NCBI GenBank assembly: GCA_038212075.1
Contig: JBBQUV010000006.1
Location: forward strand, 1 to 34,573
Direction of reading: 5' to 3'
Length of the DNA stretch: 34,573 bases
Source: Minisyncoccia bacterium
GTDB taxonomy: Bacteria > Patescibacteriota > Minisyncoccia > Phycocordibacterales > Phycocordibacteraceae
Shown: positions 23,768 through 32,815 of the stretch, one piece after another
How the letters are laid out: each line of letters starts with the position of its first letter
Numbering within the stretch: position 1 is the stretch's first letter
Position numbers and translations under genes: made by a program
Notes under the pieces: generated by a model
The model's database searches: none
The model's input: only the letters and a program-made list of their open reading frames with translations
What the model was told of the DNA's origin: nothing

Positions 23768-25741
23768 CTACTTCGTTTCTACAAGTCCGAAATCAAGTTC
23801 TTTTTCAAATGTTCGGGCGGCCATAAGTTTGACACGAATGGGGTCGCCAAGGGCGTATTCTTTTTTTGTACGTTCACCCACAATGCGGTAGCGTTTTTCG
23901 TCGTGAACAAAATAGTCGTCACCAAGGTCGCGGATACGAATCATCCCTTCAGCATGGGTTTCTTTCAGCTCTACATAAATCCCACGGTCGGATACGCCGG
24001 AAATGACCGCATCGTATTCGCTTCCAATTTTGTCCGCCATAAATTCTACAATCTTTAGCTTCACCGAGTCGCGTTCGGCTTCTGTTGCCGCTACTTCGCG
24101 CTCGCTTGAATGAAGGGCGAGGGATTCAAGTTCTTCCAATTCTTTCTTTGGAACGGTTTGCTGGTGCTCCCAATGCTTCACCATGCGGTGTACGAGCAAG
24201 TCAGGATAACGGCGGATAGGAGAGGTAAAGTGTGTGTAGTACTCAAATGCCAAGCCAAAGTGACCGACGTTTTTGGTGGAATACACCGCCTTTGCCATAG
24301 AACGGAGTGTTGCTGTTTTAATCAAATATTCTTCGGGCGTTCCTTTTGTTTGTTCAAGTAGTTTGTTCAAGTCGGTACCTTTTACTTTTCCGCCGCTCGT
24401 TTTAAGGTCGTAGCCCATGACGCGCAAAAACTGCGAAAGGTTTTCAATACGTTCTGCATCAGGCACGTCGTGCACGCGATAGATAGCGCCGTAGGTAAAT
24501 TTGTGGGCTTTGGCGAGTTTGGAAAGGTGTTCTGCCACTGCTTCGTTTGCGAGCAACATAAAGTCTTCAATCAGAAGGTTGGTTTCTTTGCGTTCTTTCA
24601 GATGTATCGCGACCGGTTTACCGGTCGCGTCAATTTCCACCTTCACTTCCGGTGTATCAAATTCAATAGCACCCTTGGCAACGCGTCGCGCACGGATTTT
24701 CTTTGCAAGCGTGGCGATGGTGGAAAGCTCGTCGAACAATATGCCGCTTTTATTGTCGAGCACACCCTGTGCTTCTTCATACGTAAATCGTTTTGCAGAG
24801 TGAATGACTGTTTCGCCAAACCACTTCTCTTGCACGTTTGCGTCCGCGTCAAGCACGAATACCGCCGACACCGACAAGCGATCAACGTCTTGATTCAGCG
24901 AACACAAGTCGTTGGAAAGCACGTGCGGAAGCATGGGAATCGTTCGATCAACAAGATACACCGATGTGGCGCGGTTTCTGCCTTCCGTATCAATAGCTGA
25001 ACCGGTTTTTACAAAGTACGAAACGTCGGCAATGTGCACGCCCACTTCAATGTTTCCATCCGGAAGTTTCCGCACCGAAAGTGCATCGTCGAAGTCTTTT
25101 GCGTCTGCTGGGTCTATGGTGAATGTGGGAGTGGTTCGAAAGTCACGGCGGCCGGCGGTACCGGCTTCAATAAGTCCCTTTCCGGTTTCTTCAAGCTTCT
25201 TTGCTTCGGCTACTACGCCGGGAGGGAAGTCGGGGTGAAAACCCTGCGCAAGTACCAAAGCGCGCATTTCAACGTCGTGTACACCTGCTTCACCGATGTC
25301 TTCGGTTACTGTGGCGCGCGGAATTTCTTCGCCTTCTTTCCATCCCGTAAATTTCACCACCACTTTGTGACCCATCGGAAATTCAAAATCGTCGGCGCTG
25401 TCTTTCTCACAAATCATAAACGGCACATACATACGTTTGCTGTCCGGAAGAAGAATGATGTTACCTCGCTCGGTCTTACTGAGGGTGCCCACGAATGTTT
25501 CGGTGGCACGCGAGATTATTTCCACTACCTTGCCTGCCTTGCGACGGTCTACCATTCCAGCGGGCTGTACTTTTACGACATCGCGCGGAAGGGCAGTGCC
25601 AAGCCATTCGCGAGGAATCAAAAGGTCGTTTTCTTTATCAGGGCGTGCTTTAGGGTTGTTCTTTGGGTCAGGGATAGAGAAAAACCCCTTACCGGTGCGG
25701 GTTATGGTTATTGGTCCTTCGTACACTTGGGGGTTAGACAC
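23768..25741 (-). CDS. rnr: Ribonuclease R / RNB-family exoribonuclease
   Basis: TIDPADAKDFDDALS, VHIADVS, TSVYLVDR, HFGLA..YTHFTSPIRRYPDL, C-terminal S1 domain; GTG start. Confidence 0.95.
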   Translation of the reverse strand: MSNPQVYEGPITITRTGKGFFSIPDPKNNPKARPDKENDLLIPREWLGTALPRDVVKVQPAGMVDRRKAGKVVEIISRATETFVGTLSKTERGNIILLPDSKRMYVPFMICEKDSADDFEFPMGHKVVVKFTGWKEGEEIPRATVTEDIGEAGVHDVEMRALVLAQGFHPDFPPGVVAEAKKLEETGKGLIEAGTAGRRDFRTTPTFTIDPADAKDFDDALSVRKLPDGNIEVGVHIADVSYFVKTGSAIDTEGRNRATSVYLVDRTIPMLPHVLSNDLCSLNQDVDRLSVSAVFVLDADANVQEKWFGETVIHSAKRFTYEEAQGVLDNKSGILFDELSTIATLAKKIRARRVAKGAIEFDTPEVKVEIDATGKPVAIHLKERKETNLLIEDFMLLANEAVAEHLSKLAKAHKFTYGAIYRVHDVPDAERIENLSQFLRVMGYDLKTSGGKVKGTDLNKLLEQTKGTPEEYLIKTATLRSMAKAVYSTKNVGHFGLAFEYYTHFTSPIRRYPDLLVHRMVKHWEHQQTVPKKELEELESLALHSSEREVAATEAERDSVKLKIVEFMADKIGSEYDAVISGVSDRGIYVELKETHAEGMIRIRDLGDDYFVHDEKRYRIVGERTKKEYALGDPIRVKLMAARTFEKELDFGLVETK

Positions 25742-25768
25742 GTTGTAAGCATTTTACCGCATACTTCC

Positions 25769-25797
25769 TTGACCCGCTACCCTCCGTCTGGTATTCT
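25769..25797 (+). promoter_or_regulatory. Sigma70 promoter of rpsP
   Basis: TTGACC-17 nt-TATTCT with extended TG, 9 nt before ATG. Confidence 0.7.
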
Positions 25798-25806
25798 CCC
25801 TCCACT

Positions 25807-26265
25807 ATGTTGATGATCCGATTCCAGCGCATTGGCCGTAAAAACGACCCGGCGTTTCGTATTCTTGTGCTTGAAAAGACCGCCAGCCCAAAGGCGGGAA
25901 CCTATACCGACCTCCTTGGTACGTACAACCCAAAGACCAAGGCGCTCACTGTCGCCGCCGACCGTCTTAAAGTGTGGATGGAAAAGGGTGCACAGCTTTC
26001 TCCATCTCTTATGAACCTTCTTATCGCGAAGAAGATTATTGAAGGAACAAAGACACAGGTTATTTCAACGAAGAATCTCGAAAAGAATAAGGCAAAGAAA
26101 GAAGAAGAGGCAGCCGCCGCCGCAGTGGCCGCCGCTGAACCAGCACCCGTTGTTGAAGCAGAAGCTCCGGCTGAAGAGGTTGTTCCTGCAGAAGCAGAAG
26201 TTCCCGCACCACCAGCTGAAGAAACGCCTGTTGTTGAGGAAGCTCCGGCTGAAGTCGTGGCGTAA
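25807..26265 (+). CDS. rpsP: 30S ribosomal protein S16 with acidic Ala/Glu/Pro tail
   Basis: MIRFQRIGRKNDPAFRI, LGTYNP, WMEKGAQLS. Confidence 0.95.
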   Translation: MLMIRFQRIGRKNDPAFRILVLEKTASPKAGTYTDLLGTYNPKTKALTVAADRLKVWMEKGAQLSPSLMNLLIAKKIIEGTKTQVISTKNLEKNKAKKEEEAAAAAVAAAEPAPVVEAEAPAEEVVPAEAEVPAPPAEETPVVEEAPAEVVA

Positions 26266-26313
26266 GCCGAACCGCGCGCTTTCGCGCGCCATCCTAAATT
26301 TATATATCCCTCT

Positions 26314-26619
26314 ATGGAACAAGACCACGCATTTCTCGATTTTGTCGTAAAGGCACTCGTTGATAATCCTGATGCTGTTGTCGTTACCCGCACCGTCGAC
26401 GAGATGGGCGTTTTGCTTACCCTTACGGTGCACGCAGACGATATGGGCAAGATAATTGGCAAAGACGGCAATACCGCAAAATCACTCCGTACACTTTTAC
26501 GCGTCGTTGGCATGAAGCACAACGCTCGCGTGAATCTTAAGATCAACGAACCGATTGGCGGTAAGCGCGATATGGTGCGTGAAGACAAAACCGTTGATCA
26601 AGTTGTAGAAGAACTTTAA
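26314..26619 (+). CDS. khpA: KH-domain RNA-binding protein KhpA (YlqC)
   Basis: VKALVDNPD, DMGKIIGKDGNTAKSLR; canonical position after rpsP. Confidence 0.9.
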   Translation: MEQDHAFLDFVVKALVDNPDAVVVTRTVDEMGVLLTLTVHADDMGKIIGKDGNTAKSLRTLLRVVGMKHNARVNLKINEPIGGKRDMVREDKTVDQVVEEL

Positions 26620-26621
26620 AA

Positions 26622-27206
26622 ATGAAGCGCAACCTTCCACTCATTCTCGTTCTTATCATCATTTTCGGCACTGCGGCGGTATACCACTACCACACAAAGA
26701 ATATTCAGGAGGTGGTTGTTTCAAAACCGGTACCCGGAGTGTACGCTGACTCTATATTTGGTTTTTCTTTTACGTACGACCCAGCGCTTCCTCTTACCGA
26801 AACGACCCTTTCGGACTCACGCGAATTTCCGGGCGCAACTGCAGTAAAAATGATTCAAATAGGTAAAGCTGGTGACGTGCTTGTGTATGAAGTGTCTTCG
26901 CCAGGAATGACAGTGACTGATGAGCCCGACGGTCATGCGAGTCCGATCGCACAAACAAAGTATTTTTGGGACACCAATGCAAAGACATGGATGATTGCGT
27001 ACCCAGAAGGGAACGACACAGGCGCCACGGCAACATCCACGGCAGTGAAGGCGGGCACCACTGTTGGTGGGCTTCCCATATTTAATTCTGGTCGCCGCTT
27101 CGATACGCGAATCATTCCGCTTTCACCAACTGCATTTGTGGTTGTGACTACTGGCGGCGGCGCATCATCGGATGCGATTACTGCATCGGTTACGTCAACT
27201 AGATAA
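26622..27206 (+). CDS. Membrane-anchored/exported hypothetical protein
   Basis: N-terminal hydrophobic anchor, Y..SIFGFSFTY motif; TAATG overlap with trmD. Confidence 0.75.
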   Translation: MKRNLPLILVLIIIFGTAAVYHYHTKNIQEVVVSKPVPGVYADSIFGFSFTYDPALPLTETTLSDSREFPGATAVKMIQIGKAGDVLVYEVSSPGMTVTDEPDGHASPIAQTKYFWDTNAKTWMIAYPEGNDTGATATSTAVKAGTTVGGLPIFNSGRRFDTRIIPLSPTAFVVVTTGGGASSDAITASVTSTR

Positions 27207-27877
27207 TGATTCGTTTTCACCTTGTTACTCTTTTTCGTGAAGCCTGTGAACCGTATTTGAATGCGTCGATTTTGGGACGTGCGCAGAAGGGAAAAGTAAT
27301 CTCGGTTTCCTATCAAAATCCGCGCGATTTCGTTGAAGTACCGAAAGCGGCGGGAAAGTTCGCGTATCGCAAGGTAGACGAGCGTCCGTATGGTGGTGGT
27401 CCGGGTATGGTGATGCAGGCACTGCCGGTGGTGAAGGCAACCGAGAAAGCGCTCGGAAAGAAAAAAGGAAAGAAACTTATTGTCTGGTTTTCACCAAGCG
27501 GTAAGCAATTTACAAACAAAGACGCAGACGCGCTCGCGAAATACGATGACATCGCCTTTGTGTGTGGGCGTTATGAAGGCATAGACGAACGCGCTAAAAA
27601 GATTTTGAAAACAACAGCGACCCTGAAAACCTTTGCGGTGGGGGAAGCAGTGTACACGGGTGGAGAAGTGCCAGCGCTTGCGATGGTTGACGCCATAAGT
27701 CGTCGTATTAAGGGCGTGCTCGGTAAAGATGAGTCTGTAGAAGAACGCCGCATCGCGGCAAGCGAGGTATACACGCGCCCAGAAACGATTTTGTATAAAA
27801 AGAAAAAATACGCAGTACCTCCTGTGCTTACAACCGGTAATCACGCTGATATTGACGCGTGGAAATCTAAAAAATAA
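27206..27877 (+). CDS. trmD: tRNA (guanine37-N1)-methyltransferase
   Basis: VTLF, SILGRA, VDERPYGGGPGMVM, SPSG, CGRYEGIDER, TGGE, YTRP, GNHA. Confidence 0.96.
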   Translation: MIRFHLVTLFREACEPYLNASILGRAQKGKVISVSYQNPRDFVEVPKAAGKFAYRKVDERPYGGGPGMVMQALPVVKATEKALGKKKGKKLIVWFSPSGKQFTNKDADALAKYDDIAFVCGRYEGIDERAKKILKTTATLKTFAVGEAVYTGGEVPALAMVDAISRRIKGVLGKDESVEERRIAASEVYTRPETILYKKKKYAVPPVLTTGNHADIDAWKSKK

Positions 27878-27909
27878 AAGAAAAACAGGCGGCCTTGGGG
27901 AAGGCCGCC
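27878..27909 (-). terminator. Intrinsic terminator of the ParB-like gene
   Basis: GGCGGCCTT-GGGG-AAGGCCGCC with TGTTTTTCTTTT on the minus strand. Confidence 0.8.
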
Positions 27910-27926
27910 CATCTTCGTAGTTCCTG

Positions 27927-29342
27927 CTACTTGTTGTTCATCACGAAGGTTGCTACTTCTTCGCGTGTTGGCAAGAAATCAGGTTTCGGTTTCTTGTTCT
28001 GTTGAAACGCAAGAAGCCCGTGCGCCCAAAGATGTATATATTTGTCGAGAGACACTGGGCTCGTCACGACACGGGAACCATTGTCGTGACTTACGGTGAT
28101 CTCTCGCGTCACCATCCACCGAGGTGCATCGTCCGGCAATTTTCTTTTTACCGGTGGCTCGGGTCGCTTCACTGTGACCGAATCTGGAAGTGGCACGTGC
28201 TGTCGTACCGGAGCAGGCCTGAGGAACTCCGGTTTAGACGCAGGCGCAACTGCAGACAATTTCGGTTGTTGAGTCTTCTCCCGATCGCGGGCGAATCGCT
28301 CAGCAAAGCTTAGTCCGGATGGCGGGGGAGGTTTTTGAACAGGCGGGGCAGGCGCAGTCGTAATCACCTTAGCCGTTGCTGAGGCGTCACCACGAATGAT
28401 GGCTTCACATTCAACGACCATTGCACGAGTCTGACCAAGCACTGTCAAAGCACTCGCGATCACCTTTGCATGGAGGCGTAGATTGGCCGCCATGCTTGGC
28501 TCACGCAGTAGACTTCGCAAGTCAGTGGCTGTGTGGACTAACATTTGAGAAAGTCTGTCCACACGCTTCGCTTTACGCGCTGGTTCATCGCCAACGCGCT
28601 CACGAATATAGGTGCCAGTCTGCTTTGCAAGCTCAACAGCTTCTCTGCGAAGACCGTTGAGTGTCACCTTCTTTTCGCGGAAACGTTGTACCAGACGTCC
28701 CTGCAACGTCGGCTCCAACTTGGATACTTGGATAGCGGCGGTGACTGGTAGGCGTTGATCTTTCTTCGTGATACGGGGATCAATCAAGGGTTTAAATTGC
28801 GCGTCCAGCTTTTGCAAGCTATGCAATTCATACGCCCAGTGAACCGTGATGTTGTAGAGCTTTGCTATCACCGGCATAGGCATGCTTAGCTGGTTATGCA
28901 GACGTTCAATCGCATTTGAAATTTCCATATGCGTGTGGCCGGCGCGATTGAAATTCGCAATAGATGCGATTACAAACGGTGCCGCCTCATCGTCGATTTC
29001 CACTTCAAGTGCGCGGTATGTCGGCACTGCCTTCAACACCACTGAACGCCACCGACGTTCACCATCAAGGAGTTCGCGATCGCGATGGTCCTGTTCGGGA
29101 ACAGATCGGATAATACCGGGCATAATTTGCCCAACCTTAACGATTGAGTCGGCAAGCTCTTCGAGATCTGCTTGGTCAAAGTATTCGCGGGGCTGGCCAA
29201 CCACTGGTCGGATACGTGCAGGATTTATGTCCACGAGTTTGGCGCTTGCCATCGCCCGCTTTACCCGATCAAGAATGATTTCCCAGCGCGGCGCCTCAGT
29301 GCTGAGTTTCGCCACGTTATTTGCTGTTGTCGCACTAGTCAT
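27927..29342 (-). CDS. Orphan ParB-like protein with long C-terminal extension
   Basis: QPREYFD..LEELADSI..GQIMP, LLDGERRWR, HTH-like region; SD AGAGGTG 6 nt before ATG 29342; TGaTACAGT promoter. Confidence 0.85.
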   Translation of the reverse strand: MTSATTANNVAKLSTEAPRWEIILDRVKRAMASAKLVDINPARIRPVVGQPREYFDQADLEELADSIVKVGQIMPGIIRSVPEQDHRDRELLDGERRWRSVVLKAVPTYRALEVEIDDEAAPFVIASIANFNRAGHTHMEISNAIERLHNQLSMPMPVIAKLYNITVHWAYELHSLQKLDAQFKPLIDPRITKKDQRLPVTAAIQVSKLEPTLQGRLVQRFREKKVTLNGLRREAVELAKQTGTYIRERVGDEPARKAKRVDRLSQMLVHTATDLRSLLREPSMAANLRLHAKVIASALTVLGQTRAMVVECEAIIRGDASATAKVITTAPAPPVQKPPPPSGLSFAERFARDREKTQQPKLSAVAPASKPEFLRPAPVRQHVPLPDSVTVKRPEPPVKRKLPDDAPRWMVTREITVSHDNGSRVVTSPVSLDKYIHLWAHGLLAFQQNKKPKPDFLPTREEVATFVMNNK

Positions 29343-29435
29343 TTCTGACACCTCTGGTTCTAGAAGGATCAGGCCACGCGCACTGTATCACATTTTATAT
29401 TAACTTTAACCACTTTTGCTTTCCCCAGCAGGGCA

Positions 29436-29617
29436 TTGCATCCCGGTAGGTAGTTTGGTATCTTATGAATAACCAGAAAGATTGAGTCGTGGGGGGACTC
29501 TGGCGGGCGAACAGGATAGATACAGGGCTTATTTATCAATACGGAGCGGAAAACGCGGTTGCGCGCCTTTTGCGTGCATATGCGTGCGTTTGTTTTCCGA
29601 CCTTTCATACCAACCAC
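29436..29617 (+). promoter_or_regulatory. rpoB promoter and ~150-nt structured leader
   Basis: TTGCAT-17-TATCTT (29436-29464); stems GAGTC/GACTC and CGGAAAAC/GTTTTCCG enclosing TGCGCGC/GCGTGCA. Confidence 0.6.
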
Positions 29618-32600
29618 ATGCATAAAAAAGCATTGCCGGTGAAGACGTTCGAGGCGTTCCGTGCACCCCTCGTTGATTTTCCAGACCTCGTCGCCCACCA
29701 GCGCGGGTCGTTTGATTGGCTTTTGAAAGAAGGCCTTGCTGAGCTTTTCAAGGAGTTTTCGCCGATTCCTGACTATTCGGGAAAGAAGTTTGAGCTCAAG
29801 ATTGAAGATTTTGAAGTAGGTGAACCAAAGTACGACGAAGAGTTTGCGCGTGAAAATATGCGCACTTACGAAGCGCCTATTAAGGTGTCGGTAAAACTCA
29901 TCAACAAAACGATGGGTACGGAAAAGACGCAAGACATTTTTCTTGCGGACATGCCGATTATGACCCCGCACGGTTCCTTTATTGTGTCCGGTGTTGAGCG
30001 TGCGATTGTCCCCCAACTCGCTCGTTCCTTCGGCGCATTCTTTATTTCTGAGATTCTCCGCGGTAAACAATTCTTCGGTGCAAAAATCATTCCTGCGCGC
30101 GGCGTGTGGATTGAAATTGATTCTGAAGCAGACGGTGCTATCTATGTAAAGATTGACCGCAAGCGTAAGTTTCCGGTTACCAACCTTCTCACGGTCTTTG
30201 GTGCAGGTGTTGGTGAAGAACTTCTTAAGAAGTTCATTGGAAACAAGGATGCGATTGCCGCAATCCAGACCACCCTTAGCCACGACACCGCAAAGTCTAT
30301 GGATGATGCGTATGTTGAAATTCACCGCCGTATGCGCGACGGCGATTTGGCGACCCCGGACAACGCTCGCGAATACGTGAAGTCACTTTTTGCCGTTGAC
30401 CGCTACGACCTTTCAAAGGTTGGACGTTACCGTTTGAATCAGCGCTTCGGTGATCCCCTTACCCCAAAGGCACTTGAAGCTCGTTCGCTTTCCGTTGTCG
30501 ACCTTGTTCGCATTGTCGGAGAAATCGCACGTTTGAACCAAGACCCGAACGCAAAGGCAGATGATATCGACCACCTTGGTTTCCGTCGTGTTCGTTTCGT
30601 TGGCGAACTTCTTCAGGCACGTATGCGTGTCGGTATGAGTCGCATGAAGCGCAACATTCAAGATCGCATGTCGACGATTGAATCGGAGACTTCGCTTCCG
30701 ATGGCGTTTGTGAACCCCCGCCCATTCCAAGCTTCGGTCCGTGAATTCTTCACCGCCAACCAGCTTTCGCAGTTTATGGACCAGCAGAACATTCTTGCTG
30801 AGCTTGAAAACATGCGTACGCTTTCAGCGCTTGGCCCGGGAGGACTTACGCGTGAGCGCGCAAGTTTTGAAGTGCGCGACGTGCACCCTTCGCACTACGG
30901 TCGCCTCTGCCCCATTCACACACCAGAAGGTCAGAACATTGGTCTTATCCTTCGCCTTGCCCTCCACGCACGCACGAACGAATTTGGAGTGATTGAAACT
31001 CCCTATGCTCGCGTGAAAAAGGGAATGGTAACGGACGAAATCGTGTACTTGAACGCGCTTGAAGAAGAACAGCACGTGATTGCACACGCGGCGACAAAAG
31101 TGGACGCAAAGGGACACATTGTTCCAGACAGTATTGAAGCGCGTAAGGCCGCCGAACCGGCAATTGTGACGCGCGAAGAAATTGACTACATTGATACTTC
31201 AACGTACCAAATGTTCTCAGCCGCAACTGCAATGATTCCGTTTGTGGACCACGACGACGCAAACCGCGCACTCATGGGTTCAAACATGCAGAAACAGGCA
31301 ACGCCGGTACTTATTCCAGAAGCACCGCTTGTTGCAACGGGCATTGAAGGACATGCGGCGCGCAACACCGGTCGCCTTATCCTTTCTGAAGACACTGGTG
31401 ATGTTACTTATGCTGATGCAAAACGCATCACGGTCACTTCCAAAGACGGAAAGAAAAAGGATTACAAGCTCCAAGGGCTTACTCAGACCAACCAAAACTC
31501 TGCATTTAGTCAGCGCCCAATCGTTCGTATGGGCGATAAGGTGAAGAAAGGAGACGTGCTCGCAGACGCATCATCTTCCGACAACGGACAGCTTTCACTC
31601 GGACAAAACGTTCGTGTCGCCTTCATGTCATGGAGCGGTGCAAACTACGAAGACGCCATCATTGTTTCCGAGCGTCTTGTGGAGCAGGCGAAGTTCACCA
31701 CCATTCACATTGAAGATTTTGATTGTGCCGTTCGCGACACAAAGCTTGGTGCAGAAGTAACCACACACGATATTCCAAACGTTGGTGAAATGCGTCTTAA
31801 AAACTTGGACGAAGAAGGGGTTGTTCGCATCGGCGCGGAAGTACGCCCCGGCGACATTCTCGTTGGTAAGGTAACGCCAAAGGGCGAGACCCAGCTTACG
31901 CCTGAAGAGCGCCTCTTGCGTTCCATCTTCGGTGACAAAGCAAAGGATGTGAAAGACACCTCGCTTCGTATGGAAGGTGGGAAGCGCGGCCGTGTTATTG
32001 GCGTGCGCGTGTTCTCACGTGAGAAGGGCGACCAGCTTGAAACCGGCATCATCAAGAAAATTGTGGTGACCGTTGCTCAGGTTCGTAACGTTTCGGTTGG
32101 TGACAAGCTTGCTGGTCGTCACGGAAACAAAGGTGTTATCTCACGCGTTCTTCCGGTTGAAGATATGCCGTACGACAAGGATGGAAATCCCGTTGACGTC
32201 ATTCTCACACCGCTTGGCGTTCCGTCCCGTATGAACTTGGGACAGATTCTTGAAATGCACCTTGGTCTTGCCGCACACACGCTTGGCTACCAAGCAATTG
32301 TTCCGCCATTTGCTGGTGCAAGTGCTCACGAAATCGCCGATGAACTTGAAAAAGCAGGTTTCCAGCGAAACGGAAAGCAAAAACTCTACGACGGACGCAC
32401 GGGCGAAACATTCGCACAGGATATTGCTGTCGGCTATATGTACGTCTTGAAACTGCACCACATGGTGGAAGACAAGATTCACATGCGTTCCATCGGTCCG
32501 TACAGCCTTATCACTCAGCAACCTCTTGGCGGAAAGGCGCAGAACGGAGGTCAGCGCTTTGGAGAAATGGAAGTCTGGGCACTTCTTGGCTACGGTTCGG

Positions 32601-32797
32601 CATACACGCTTCGTGAAATGCTCACCATTAAATCAGACGATATCCAAGGACGCTCCGCCGCCTTCGACGCCATCGTTAAATCGGAACCGATTAGCCACGC
32701 AGGAACGCCGGCATCGTTCTCCGTACTTACCAACCAGATTCGTGGTCTCGCGCTCGACGTTGACGTTGTTGACGCGCCTGTAGACCCGGAAGCATAA
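29618..32797 (+). CDS. rpoB: RNA polymerase beta subunit
   Basis: RDVHPSHYGRLCP, TPEGQNIG, DANRALMGSNMQ, GDKLAGRHGNKG, GGQRFGEMEVWAL; start set at ATG 29618. Confidence 0.98.
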   Translation: MHKKALPVKTFEAFRAPLVDFPDLVAHQRGSFDWLLKEGLAELFKEFSPIPDYSGKKFELKIEDFEVGEPKYDEEFARENMRTYEAPIKVSVKLINKTMGTEKTQDIFLADMPIMTPHGSFIVSGVERAIVPQLARSFGAFFISEILRGKQFFGAKIIPARGVWIEIDSEADGAIYVKIDRKRKFPVTNLLTVFGAGVGEELLKKFIGNKDAIAAIQTTLSHDTAKSMDDAYVEIHRRMRDGDLATPDNAREYVKSLFAVDRYDLSKVGRYRLNQRFGDPLTPKALEARSLSVVDLVRIVGEIARLNQDPNAKADDIDHLGFRRVRFVGELLQARMRVGMSRMKRNIQDRMSTIESETSLPMAFVNPRPFQASVREFFTANQLSQFMDQQNILAELENMRTLSALGPGGLTRERASFEVRDVHPSHYGRLCPIHTPEGQNIGLILRLALHARTNEFGVIETPYARVKKGMVTDEIVYLNALEEEQHVIAHAATKVDAKGHIVPDSIEARKAAEPAIVTREEIDYIDTSTYQMFSAATAMIPFVDHDDANRALMGSNMQKQATPVLIPEAPLVATGIEGHAARNTGRLILSEDTGDVTYADAKRITVTSKDGKKKDYKLQGLTQTNQNSAFSQRPIVRMGDKVKKGDVLADASSSDNGQLSLGQNVRVAFMSWSGANYEDAIIVSERLVEQAKFTTIHIEDFDCAVRDTKLGAEVTTHDIPNVGEMRLKNLDEEGVVRIGAEVRPGDILVGKVTPKGETQLTPEERLLRSIFGDKAKDVKDTSLRMEGGKRGRVIGVRVFSREKGDQLETGIIKKIVVTVAQVRNVSVGDKLAGRHGNKGVISRVLPVEDMPYDKDGNPVDVILTPLGVPSRMNLGQILEMHLGLAAHTLGYQAIVPPFAGASAHEIADELEKAGFQRNGKQKLYDGRTGETFAQDIAVGYMYVLKLHHMVEDKIHMRSIGPYSLITQQPLGGKAQNGGQRFGEMEVWALLGYGSAYTLREMLTIKSDDIQGRSAAFDAIVKSEPISHAGTPASFSVLTNQIRGLALDVDVVDAPVDPEA

Positions 32798-32815
32798 CCA
32801 ATCAAAAAAAATCGT

